Source of the DNA: Candidatus Iainarchaeum sp.
GTDB taxonomy: Archaea; Iainarchaeota; Iainarchaeia; Iainarchaeales; 0-14-0-20-34-12
Assembly (NCBI GenBank): GCA_030649345.1
Contig: JAUSKK010000010.1
Span: forward strand, 1-19,243
DNA: 19,243 nucleotides
Direction: 5' to 3'
Under the pieces are notes generated by a model. The model ran no database searches, was not told where the DNA came from, and worked only from the letters and a program-made list of their open reading frames with translations. The first letter of the stretch is position 1; every line of letters starts with the position of its first letter. This document shows, piece after piece, positions 1-7,914 of the stretch. The translations under genes and the position numbers were made by a program.

Positions 1-417
1 GATGACTGTTTCTTTGGAAATAATTTTAGCTCTGCTTTGCAGTAAAGGAATAACTTGATCGTCTTCCATTCCATCGGTAACTAAAACAAATCCTTGAATA
101 TTAAATTTTTCTGTCAACAAATCTAATTGTTCGTTAATGCGTTTATCGGAAGCAAATCCTAATTTTCCTTTCCCAGTTAAAGTTACAACTTCAATTTTGG
201 GAAATTCATTTTTGATTTCTTCCAATTTTTTAACAGCAGCAAACATGGTGTTGGCATCGCTTTCGGTTGGATCCTTTAAAGCCAAAGCTTTGGCTGCATT
301 TACATTTCTAGCCCGTCCAATAACTGGTCCTTCAATCCCTGTTTTTCGTCCTAAATCATTGTCTCGGTCAACGCATACTACAATGACTGTTTTGGGTTTT
401 TCTTTATCTTTGGCCAT
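1..417 (-). CDS. DUF373-family archaeal membrane protein, N-terminal part only (gene continues beyond the window start)
   Basis: I translated the minus strand from the ATG at the complement of 415-417. It reads MAKDKEKPKTVIVVCVDRDNDLGRKTGIEGPVIGRARNVNAAKALALKDPTESDANTMFAAVKKLEEIK...LVTDGMEDDQVIPLLQSRAKIISKETVI and stays open to position 1. The CxDRDNDLG...GPxIGR...DPxxSDAN...DGxEDE pattern matches my recollection of the DUF373 N-terminal domain. It is missing from the ORF track because no stop lies in the window. The track ORF 137..472(+) is its antisense shadow. Confidence 0.65.
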   Translation of the reverse strand, partial: MAKDKEKPKTVIVVCVDRDNDLGRKTGIEGPVIGRARNVNAAKALALKDPTESDANTMFAAVKKLEEIKNEFPKIEVVTLTGKGKLGFASDKRINEQLDLLTEKFNIQGFVLVTDGMEDDQVIPLLQSRAKIISKETVI

Positions 418-485
418 GCTTTCACTTTATTTACTTACTATATTAATTATATATAAGTATTGGGTAATTTAATTTTAAGGGTACC

Positions 486-1565
486 ATGAACGCAGAGCAC
501 AATCTCCATGAAAGTCCTAATTCAGGGCATACATCATATTCCGGAAGCCATTCAAGTACTTCAGGCAAAAAAAACATTGTTTTTTTAGGGATTATAACTG
601 TTCTAATTATTGCTGTTGTAGGCATTGTTTTTTTCGAAAAAGAAATCATGGAAAATTCAATTTGGCTGGTTTTATTGGCTGCATTTGTTTTAATTTTATG
701 GAAAGGCCGTTTTGTGTTAACTTTAGAAGAATACGAACGTGCTGTGATTTCTAGATTTGGCCGAGTGGCTCGCGTGGGAGGACCAGGCTGGACTTTTTTA
801 CTTCCATTGATTGAAAAAGCGCATACTGTAGATTTACGAACTCAAGTGATTGATTTAGAAAAGCAAGATGTGATTACCAAAGACTCCATTGAACTCAAAG
901 TAGATGCTGTGATTTATTTACGGGTTGGAAAAAGCAATGAAGATATTTTGAATTCTGTGATTGCAGTACAAGATTACAAAGAAGCTGCGCGTTTGTATAT
1001 TATTTCTTCCATTCGTAACAAAGGCGGAAGTTTAACTTTGCCGGAAATTATTGCCAATATTGATCAATTCAATACTGAACTCAAATTGGGTTTAGCTAAG
1101 CTTACCAAACAATGGGGTGTGGAAGTTCAAGCTGTAGAAGTCAAAGATGTAGATATTCCGAAAATTGTATTGGATGCCATGCATGCAGAAAAAGCAGCAG
1201 TGCAAGAACGCCTGGCTAGACTGGAAAAAGCCAAAGCCCATCAAGGAGAAATTGAAGCAGTTAAAGAATCTACAGCTAATTTAAGCGAAAGCACAATGGC
1301 TTACTATTATGTGAAAGCTTTAGAACAATTAAGCAAAGGGAAAAGTACTAAATTTATTTTTCCTTTAGAATTAAGCAGAATTGCAGAAAATTTATCCGGC
1401 AAAGTTAGTTCCAGTTCTTCCAGCGGAATAAAATTTAATCCAGCAGATATAGAACCTTACAAAGCTTTGCTGATGACTTATGTGGAAGAAGCTGTTCAGA
1501 AAGCCAAAGAAAAAGAAAATAAAAAAGAAATCAAACTAGAAGCAAGTGCCGAAGTAAATGAATAG
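486..1565 (+). CDS. SPFH/band-7 (stomatin/prohibitin-like) membrane protein
   Basis: N-terminal TM segments are followed by EYERAVISRFGRVARVGGPGWTFLLPLIEKAHTVDLRTQVIDLEKQDVITKDSIELKVDAVIYLRV, the classic SPFH core. A coiled-coil region (AEKAAVQERLARLEKAKA) follows. Confidence 0.85.
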   Translation: MNAEHNLHESPNSGHTSYSGSHSSTSGKKNIVFLGIITVLIIAVVGIVFFEKEIMENSIWLVLLAAFVLILWKGRFVLTLEEYERAVISRFGRVARVGGPGWTFLLPLIEKAHTVDLRTQVIDLEKQDVITKDSIELKVDAVIYLRVGKSNEDILNSVIAVQDYKEAARLYIISSIRNKGGSLTLPEIIANIDQFNTELKLGLAKLTKQWGVEVQAVEVKDVDIPKIVLDAMHAEKAAVQERLARLEKAKAHQGEIEAVKESTANLSESTMAYYYVKALEQLSKGKSTKFIFPLELSRIAENLSGKVSSSSSSGIKFNPADIEPYKALLMTYVEEAVQKAKEKENKKEIKLEASAEVNE

Positions 1566-1569
1566 TTCA

Positions 1570-1612
1570 GTGGTGCTTTAGCACCACGACCTGCCAACCC
1601 GGTCAGGGGTTG
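1570..1612 (+). other. GC-rich double hairpin in an otherwise AT-rich convergent spacer (candidate small structured RNA or insertion scar)
   Basis: Hairpin 1 is GTGGTGC-TTTA-GCACCAC (1570-1587, 7-bp stem). Hairpin 2 is CAACCC-GGTCAG-GGGTTG (1595-1612, 6-bp stem). The element sits between two imperfect copies of the 3' end of the SPFH gene. Confidence 0.4.
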
Positions 1613-1711
1613 AAAAAGAAAACAAGAATGAAATCAAACTCGAAGTGCAAACAGAACTTGAATCTGAAAACTAATTTTTTTATTTAATGTAAATTTTTTT
1701 TTAAATTAAAA

Positions 1712-2695
1712 TTACTTGTTTAATAGTCTATTCGATACATTGGGCACTGGCTGGTTTTTCATTCGAATCAAAAACCAAAGCAATCCAACCAAATATAAAA
1801 CAGAAATTATGGGTGCCAGAGTTTGTTCTCCGGTAATGGCTAAAGCTTCAATTAATGCTCCAGCCAATAAACTGGCAGCTGCAATAATAATAAATAAAAT
1901 TACTTCATCAAAAATGTGAAAAAAGGAACGCCTTTGAATGGCTCCTTTTACGATGGCTGCACTTAGTAATCCGCCGGCAATGGCTGCAGCAAAATAACTT
2001 ACCAATTCAGGAATTCCATGAGGCAGTAATCCGATAAATTGGAAATGATTTTCAGCTAAAATACTTTGACCTATGACTACTGCAATCACGCTGGCATTCC
2101 ATGCAATTAAAAAAATGGCTCCAGCTCCATACAAGAAAGAAAAAAATAATGCCAAAACTAAAACTTCTAAATTATTTAAAAAAATTATATTAAACCAGCA
2201 CAAAGCATCTTGTTCACACGCGCTTGTTCCTGAAACCATTCCTGTGGCTTGCCCGGTTAACCGTGCTCTCAGCTGATCAATTTGTCCCAAGGTTTTGTTT
2301 TGTTCTTTGAAAAAAGTATTGTTGGAAACATTGTTGATGCAAATTTGATTTTCCAGCAAACAAACATCGGTTGGCTCTTCAGGCAGAACTGCATACCAGA
2401 AACTGAAACTGATAATTAATCCAATAAAAAAGAATACATACATTCGAACCAATTCAGGGTGAATGGCTGTTTTGGTTCTAATTTTTTCATCCAATTCTTC
2501 GGTTTCAATAAATGTATTGTGCATAATGACTGTGGCACCAATTGAAATGAATGCAATCGTCAAAATACTGGCATGTTCTGGAAAAATTAAATACGAAGAA
2601 AATAAGGCTACACTGCACAATACAATGCCAAATACTGTCATATACAAAGGCTTACGCATAGCCGAATGACTGGTTAAAAGCTCTTCTATGACCAT
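1712..2695 (-). CDS. SpoIIM-like (DUF95 family) polytopic membrane protein with an inserted extracytoplasmic Cys-containing loop
   Basis: Multiple TM helices are present. The signature LLPHGIPELVSYFAAAIAGGLL matches the HGxxE motif of the stage II sporulation protein M family. ATG at the complement of 2693-2695. Confidence 0.65.
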   Translation of the reverse strand: MVIEELLTSHSAMRKPLYMTVFGIVLCSVALFSSYLIFPEHASILTIAFISIGATVIMHNTFIETEELDEKIRTKTAIHPELVRMYVFFFIGLIISFSFWYAVLPEEPTDVCLLENQICINNVSNNTFFKEQNKTLGQIDQLRARLTGQATGMVSGTSACEQDALCWFNIIFLNNLEVLVLALFFSFLYGAGAIFLIAWNASVIAVVIGQSILAENHFQFIGLLPHGIPELVSYFAAAIAGGLLSAAIVKGAIQRRSFFHIFDEVILFIIIAAASLLAGALIEALAITGEQTLAPIISVLYLVGLLWFLIRMKNQPVPNVSNRLLNK

Positions 2696-2816
2696 TTTTT
2701 TCCCTCTAAGTCAATTTAAGTTCCTTTTAAATAATTTCCCTTATAGTATTACTTTAGTTATTGTATATATTAGTATAGTGGACTTTACAGGTATTGATGC
2801 TTTTTTTGGTGAATAA

Positions 2817-3374
2817 ATGAGTAATTCTAAAATGGTAGTTCCCGGCGAATTTTTAAGCTACGAAGAAGAATTCATGCCTGGAAAAAATACATTTTCTTTA
2901 GATGGCCAAGTATATTCTGCTTTGGTAGGCTATGCTGAATTTGATGATAATGAACGCATTGTTGGAGTCAAAGCCATTAAGTCAGCTAGAGCTGCTGGAG
3001 TAGGAACTCATGTTTTGGCTCGCGTAATGTTGGTCAAAGAAAGTGCTGTCTTGGTTCAAGTAATGACTGCATTTAAGGATACTGAAAAAAGAGTTTTTTC
3101 TCCAACCTATGCCAGTATTTATGTGGCTCATGTAAGTTCATCTTATGTGAAAAATTTACGGGATGAATTCAGAAAAGGAGATATTGTCAAAGCTATGGTT
3201 GCAGAAGTTACACCGTATGGAATCAAATTAAGAACCAACGAACCCTCTTTAGGTGTAATCAAAGGATTTTGCAGTCATTGCAGAAATGAACTGCATTTGA
3301 ATGGACAAAATTTGCGCTGTTTGAAATGCAATGCAGAAGAAACCAGAAAAATTAGCACAGAATATGTTTTATAA
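2817..3374 (+). CDS. csl4: Exosome complex RNA-binding subunit Csl4
   Basis: The N-terminus is VVPGEFLSYEEEFMPGKNTF. A central S1-like fold (GDIVKAMVAEVTPYGIKL) is followed by a C-terminal zinc ribbon (CSHCRNEL...LRCLKCNAEETRK). A GGTGA Shine-Dalgarno motif lies about 5 nt upstream. rpoL follows directly, which is the conserved archaeal arrangement. Confidence 0.85.
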   Translation: MSNSKMVVPGEFLSYEEEFMPGKNTFSLDGQVYSALVGYAEFDDNERIVGVKAIKSARAAGVGTHVLARVMLVKESAVLVQVMTAFKDTEKRVFSPTYASIYVAHVSSSYVKNLRDEFRKGDIVKAMVAEVTPYGIKLRTNEPSLGVIKGFCSHCRNELHLNGQNLRCLKCNAEETRKISTEYVL

Positions 3375-3394
3375 TTTTGTTATGAGTTGTAGAA

Positions 3395-3667
3395 TTGGAT
3401 TTGGAAATTTTAAGCAAAAGTAAAACAGAATTGGAATTCAAATTATTGGGCGAACGACATACTTTGCCTCAATTATTAAAATCGGAATTATTAAAAGACC
3501 CGAAAGTAGAATTTGCATCCTATAAATTAAATCATCCCTTGGATAATTATTCAGTTTTTTACATTCGATCTCCTGATAAAGATCCTAAAAAAGCATTGGA
3601 TGATGCCTGCAAAAATATTGAAAAACAATTAACTGAATTTAAGAAAAATGCAAAAGCAGCCAAGTAA
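3395..3667 (+). CDS. rpoL: DNA-directed RNA polymerase subunit L (Rpo11)
   Basis: (M)DLEILSKSKTELEFKLLGERHTLPQLLKSELLKDPKVEFASYKLNHPL matches the subunit L/Rpb11 fold motif (GExHTLxNxL...HP). The start is TTG at 3395, the first usable start after an in-frame TGA at 3383. Confidence 0.85.
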   Translation: MDLEILSKSKTELEFKLLGERHTLPQLLKSELLKDPKVEFASYKLNHPLDNYSVFYIRSPDKDPKKALDDACKNIEKQLTEFKKNAKAAK

Positions 3668-4494
3668 TGGATTTTATGAAGATCCGAGAAAAACCAAAGT
3701 CCAATGATTTGACTAACGCATCAGGGTCTTTTAAAAATTTGAAAAATTTATTCAAATGGCTGGATCCATTTACGTATATTGATGTTTTTGTTTTGCCAAA
3801 AATTAATCCGGAAAAAAAATCTTGGATTTCTTGGACTGTTTATTTAATTTCTGCTTTTGTTTTTGCTTTTCTTTTATATTCTATTATTGGATTTATTTTA
3901 CAAACTTCGTTTCCTTTAGTGATTGTAGTTTCGGGGAGCATGGAGCCTGTTTATTTTCGCGGAGACTTAATTGTTCTGCAAGGAACCAATCCTGAATCTT
4001 TGAATGCTCCGTTAATTACTCTTTCCAGCCAATCCATTCATTGGACTAGTTACTGCATTAAAAAAAATGAACCAGAAAAAGAAATTTTGTGTTCCCAGGC
4101 AAAACAAGAACTTTTATTAACTGATTTGAGAACTTCAGATATTGTTACTACGCGTTTAGTATTTGATGGAAATCAAATAATTAAAATTCAGTCTTTAGGG
4201 GATGTCATTGTTTATTTTTCAGACCTGCAAGGAAACAAACCAGTGATTCACCGAGCTGTAGCTAAAATTAAAACAGCAGATGGAATGTTTGTTTTAACTA
4301 AAGGAGATTCTGTATTCAATCCATTGATTGACCAAGAGTCTGGCATTAGTTTTTCTCCAATTCCTGTTTCTGAACTCAAAGGAAAAACTTTGTTTCGAAT
4401 TCCTTGGCTGGGTTATTTGAAATTGATTTTAATTGATGACCTTCAAGTTTTATTATTGGGCTGCAGGCAAGCAGAAGGATGCATATTACCTTAA
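3667..4494 (+). CDS. Signal peptidase I, archaeal/eukaryal Sec11 (S26B) type, with a long insertion between the catalytic boxes
   Basis: A TM anchor is followed by VVVSGSMEPVYFRGDLIVL (catalytic Ser box), VIHRAV (His box) and TKGDSVFNPLID (Asp box). The ATG overlaps the rpoL stop (TAATG). The internal ATG at 3679 is an alternative start. Confidence 0.8.
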   Translation: MDFMKIREKPKSNDLTNASGSFKNLKNLFKWLDPFTYIDVFVLPKINPEKKSWISWTVYLISAFVFAFLLYSIIGFILQTSFPLVIVVSGSMEPVYFRGDLIVLQGTNPESLNAPLITLSSQSIHWTSYCIKKNEPEKEILCSQAKQELLLTDLRTSDIVTTRLVFDGNQIIKIQSLGDVIVYFSDLQGNKPVIHRAVAKIKTADGMFVLTKGDSVFNPLIDQESGISFSPIPVSELKGKTLFRIPWLGYLKLILIDDLQVLLLGCRQAEGCILP

Positions 4495-4538
4495 GGTTTA
4501 AATGAGTTTGTTCAGTAATTGTTAGACGGAGCAAGTAT

Positions 4539-5285
4539 ATGGAATTAATTTTAACCAATGCATTGGATTTCAAGCGCAGTATTGAAGCAGTTTCTGTTTT
4601 AATTGACGAAGCTGAATTGGTCATTGCCAGCGAAGGTTTGACTTTGAAAGCTACTGATCCAAGTCAAATTAGTTTAGTGGATTTTGAGTTAAGCAAAAAA
4701 AACTTTTCCAAATTTGAAGTTCCGGAAACTACCAAACTAGGTTTGGATTTAGATTATTTGTCTCAAGTTTTATCTAGAGCTAAAAAAGAAGACCAGCTTT
4801 CGCTTGTTTTGGATAAAGATAAATCGAATTTAAAAATTACTTTTCTAGGTTCTTCCAAGCGTTCGTTTTCGATTCCTTTAATTGACGTGTCTGAACAACA
4901 ATTGCCGAATCCTAAGATTGAATTTGATGCCGAAATTGTTGTGCAAGCCGATGTATTGAAAGAATCTTTAAAAGATGCAGCTTTAATTTCAAGTCATGTG
5001 ATCTTGGAAGCTACTTTGGAAAGTATGGGCATTAAAGCGCACAGCAGTAAAGGAACTTTGAATAGTGAAACCAAAAAAAGTGAATCTTGTGTGAAAAAAT
5101 TTAATGTAAAAACACAATGCAGAAGTATTTTTCCTTTAGATTACTTGCAGGATATGTTAAAGGCAGCTGATTCTTCTACTGAAGTTTGTATTTCTTTGAA
5201 AACCAATGCTCCAGTTAAATTATCGTATTCCATTGGTTCTGCCACGATTGCTTATTTTTTAGCTCCAAGAATTGAAACAGAATAA
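4539..5285 (+). CDS. pcn: DNA polymerase sliding clamp PCNA, paralog 1 (canonical-looking)
   Basis: SVLIDEAELVIASEGLTLKATDPSQISLVDFEL...IPLIDVSEQQLPNPKIEFDAEI...LKDAALISSHV...YFLAPRIETE. The length of 248 aa and the LAPRIE C-terminus are typical of archaeal PCNA. Confidence 0.9.
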   Translation: MELILTNALDFKRSIEAVSVLIDEAELVIASEGLTLKATDPSQISLVDFELSKKNFSKFEVPETTKLGLDLDYLSQVLSRAKKEDQLSLVLDKDKSNLKITFLGSSKRSFSIPLIDVSEQQLPNPKIEFDAEIVVQADVLKESLKDAALISSHVILEATLESMGIKAHSSKGTLNSETKKSESCVKKFNVKTQCRSIFPLDYLQDMLKAADSSTEVCISLKTNAPVKLSYSIGSATIAYFLAPRIETE

Positions 5286-5318
5286 CTGTTTTTGTTTTGA
5301 ATAAACTCAAAAAACAGT
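5285..5318 (+). terminator. Hairpin plus T-run downstream of PCNA-1
   Basis: ACTGTTTTT (5285-5293) pairs with AAAAACAGT (5310-5318). The 5' arm itself carries a T5 run, and archaeal terminators are oligo-T tracts. Confidence 0.3.
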
Positions 5319-5373
5319 ACAAATTTAAAACAATTCATTCTTAATACTGTGAAAGTATATTGGGGTTAATGAA

Positions 5374-7866
5374 ATGAATCGAAAGTTTTGCTTAGTATTG
5401 GCTTTACTTGTTTTATTTTCATTTCCTGTTTTTTCAGCTATTTCTTCAGAGTTTTCGTTTCAAGGTGTTTTAACTACTGCAGACGGCAATTTTGTGAATT
5501 CAGATGTAAATATGATTATTCGTTTATATGCCGGTAGTTCAGGCGGCAGTACAATCCATGTAGACACCAATGCAGTAACTGTTTCGAATGGTTATTTTTC
5601 AACCATTGTAGGAGATGCGAATACTTTGGATGTTAATTTTGTAGATTCTGTTTGGTTAACTTTGCAAACCAAGTTAACTTCTGCAGGTTCCTACGACACT
5701 GAAATGAGTCCTCGAATAAAAATTACCCCTAGCCCACAGTCTCTTTCAACTACTAAAACCGGAGATTTGAATGTTACTGGCAGTATTGTGGGTAATGCTA
5801 GTTTGGTGAAAATTGGTTCTTCGAGTGCTAGAACTGATTTGAATATTTCTCGTGATTTGAATGCTTCTAGGGTGTTTGTTGCAGGTACGGTTATTTTAGG
5901 TTCTGCTACTGCGGTTACCTTGAGTGATGGTGATTTGAATACTAGCGGTAATATTATTTTGAATGGTTATATTAATGTGAAAAGTTATTTGACTGGAAAT
6001 GTATCTGGCAGTGGTACTACTGTTAGTTTAGGCCGCCGTGGTACTGCATTGGCTGACTTAAATGTTGCTGGTGATTTGAATGTTTCGGGTGGTTTGCTAA
6101 ATCTTTCAAGGTTTAGTAATATTATAGTTGATGGTAATTTGGTTTTGGGTACTGCGACTGCAAATGGCCTTGGCCTTGGTGATTTGAATTTAAGTGGAAA
6201 TTTGTTTGGTGGTTCTGATAATTTGGTTTCTGTTGGTTCGAGTACTGTTCGGAATGATTTGAATGTTTCAAGAGACTTGAATGCTTCAAATATTACTGCC
6301 ACTGGTTCTTTAGGTGTTGGTAATGCTGTTGGTTTATTGCTGGGTTTGGCTGCCGGTGATGTTAATATTGGTGGTGTATTTTATTTGTCTGGAACTACTT
6401 CGTCGTTAACTTTTACAGGTGCTGGAACTGGTACAATTACTGCCAATAATCCAACTGCCAGTAATCCAAATTTAATTAGAATTGGAGGTCCTGTTATTCC
6501 GAATGATTTGAATGTTTCAAGAGACTTGAATGCTTCTCGTTTGTTTTCGAGTGTTTTGTTTCCTTTGAATTTGAGTGTTTTGTTTGTTGGTTCTTTGGCT
6601 GTTCCTGTGGATTTGAATGTTACTGGTGATTTGAATGTTGCTGGTGATGTGAATTTTGCTGGTGGTGTTTCTGCTGTTGCGTTTTTTGGTTCAGGTGCTG
6701 GTTTGACGAATTTGCCGACTGCGGACATTAATTCTACTGTTGTAAATCCTTCAATTGTTGTTGTTGGCACTTCGACTGGTTGGAGTGGTCTGGGTTCTGG
6801 TGACTTGAATTTGTCGGGTCGAATTTTTGGTGGTTCGGATAATTTGGTTTCAATTGGTTCTTCGACTGTTCGGAATGATTTGAATGTTTCAAAAGATTTA
6901 AATTCTACTAGATTGTTTACTGGAACAATTTTTGGCTTGAATTTAAGTAATTTAAATATTGGAACGAATAGTACTGCAACTGATTTGAATGTTTCTGGAA
7001 AAATAATGGTTGGTCCGACTGCGCTTAGTGCCAGCAGTGTGGACGGCGGAGATATTGTAGTTGAAGATAATATTTTTGTAGGAAGTCCAGCTAATACAAG
7101 TAGTTTGAATGCAGGAGATATTAGTTTGTCTGGGAATGCGTATGTGGATGGAGATTTGCGTTTGCGTGGCGGAGATATTTTGGATGATACTGCTACTAAT
7201 ATAATTAAGATTGGCAGCTCAGGCGATCCTACTGATTTGAATGTTTCAAGAGACTTGAATGCTTCGAATATTTATATTCCAGGATTTGTAATTATGGGAA
7301 CTGCTTTAGCGTCTAGTGCGGGTGCTGGAGATTTCATTACCAGCGGAAGAATTTATACTGCAAATATTAGTTCATTTAATGCCAGTTTGTCTGCAGGAGA
7401 TATTGGAATTAATGGAGATATTTATTTGCGTGGCGGAGATATTTTGGATGATTCTTCTACGAATGCAATTCGAATTGGATCCAATACTGATCTAACCGAT
7501 TTAAATGTTTCCAAAGACTTGAATGCCAGTCATGTTCAAGTGCATGGAGATTTAAGAGTTAAGCAAAGAATTTTAGGAGCTAAAGGAGCCGATGTTTCAA
7601 GTGGTAATTCAATTACTTTAGGCAATGGAAATTATTTTGACATTACTGGAACTTCTACTATCGATTGTGTTTCTATAGCTGGCTGGACTGCTGGTTCGCA
7701 GGTTATGCTGCAATTTGATTCCGCTGCTGCAGTTACAAACAATGGCAGCTGTGGTGGATCTGGGGCAGTTGACTTAAACGTGAATTTTAATGCAAGTTCT
7801 GGAGATATTTTAACTCTAGTTACAGATGGAACCAATTGGTTTGAAGTTACACGAAGTGTTAATTAA
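5374..7866 (+). CDS. Large secreted repeat surface protein (fibre/adhesin-like) with DLNVSRDLNAS sequon repeats
   Basis: There is an N-terminal signal peptide (MNRKFCLVLALLVLFSFPVFSA). A roughly 110-aa N-terminal module follows (FQGVLTTADGNFVNSDVNMIIRLYAGSSGG...NGYFSTIVGD). It resembles, from memory, the N-terminal module of many bacterial tail-fiber-domain surface proteins. After that come Gly/Ser/Asn/Leu-rich repeats with six xDLN(V/I)S(R/K)DLN(A/S)(S/T) motifs. No TM anchor is present. Confidence 0.8.
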   Translation: MNRKFCLVLALLVLFSFPVFSAISSEFSFQGVLTTADGNFVNSDVNMIIRLYAGSSGGSTIHVDTNAVTVSNGYFSTIVGDANTLDVNFVDSVWLTLQTKLTSAGSYDTEMSPRIKITPSPQSLSTTKTGDLNVTGSIVGNASLVKIGSSSARTDLNISRDLNASRVFVAGTVILGSATAVTLSDGDLNTSGNIILNGYINVKSYLTGNVSGSGTTVSLGRRGTALADLNVAGDLNVSGGLLNLSRFSNIIVDGNLVLGTATANGLGLGDLNLSGNLFGGSDNLVSVGSSTVRNDLNVSRDLNASNITATGSLGVGNAVGLLLGLAAGDVNIGGVFYLSGTTSSLTFTGAGTGTITANNPTASNPNLIRIGGPVIPNDLNVSRDLNASRLFSSVLFPLNLSVLFVGSLAVPVDLNVTGDLNVAGDVNFAGGVSAVAFFGSGAGLTNLPTADINSTVVNPSIVVVGTSTGWSGLGSGDLNLSGRIFGGSDNLVSIGSSTVRNDLNVSKDLNSTRLFTGTIFGLNLSNLNIGTNSTATDLNVSGKIMVGPTALSASSVDGGDIVVEDNIFVGSPANTSSLNAGDISLSGNAYVDGDLRLRGGDILDDTATNIIKIGSSGDPTDLNVSRDLNASNIYIPGFVIMGTALASSAGAGDFITSGRIYTANISSFNASLSAGDIGINGDIYLRGGDILDDSSTNAIRIGSNTDLTDLNVSKDLNASHVQVHGDLRVKQRILGAKGADVSSGNSITLGNGNYFDITGTSTIDCVSIAGWTAGSQVMLQFDSAAAVTNNGSCGGSGAVDLNVNFNASSGDILTLVTDGTNWFEVTRSVN
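6526..6716 (+). repeat. 191-nt tract nearly identical to 9469-9659 in the paralogous surface-protein gene
   Basis: I aligned the two tracts by hand and found 6 differences in 191 nt. The identical peptide just upstream (SRD of DLNVSRD) uses different synonymous codons in the two genes (tca aga gac versus tct cgt gat). Confidence 0.85.
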
Positions 7867-7914
7867 TTAAAGCAAGGCTTACTTTTTTAAATTCCAAAAC
7901 CTTAGGATAGTATA

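Noticed and set aside
137-472. Track ORF of 111 aa on the plus strand
   Set aside because: It lies entirely antisense to the well-supported DUF373 coding frame (minus strand, 1-417). Its translation is low-complexity with no recognisable motif, so it is a shadow ORF.
1566-1612. tRNA gene or split-tRNA half in the GC-rich patch
   Set aside because: It is only about 46 nt, with no GTTCRANYC T-loop, no D-arm and no acceptor-stem complementarity on either strand. It is reported only as an unexplained double hairpin.
5985-6770. Two long minus-strand ORFs (105 and 129 aa) inside the 830-aa repeat gene
   Set aside because: The sense strand is very G+T-rich and C-poor (ggt, gtt, ttg, gat and aat codons), which depletes stop codons on the antisense strand. 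The antisense peptides are repetitive (FKSP, TFKS) mirror images of the sense repeats.
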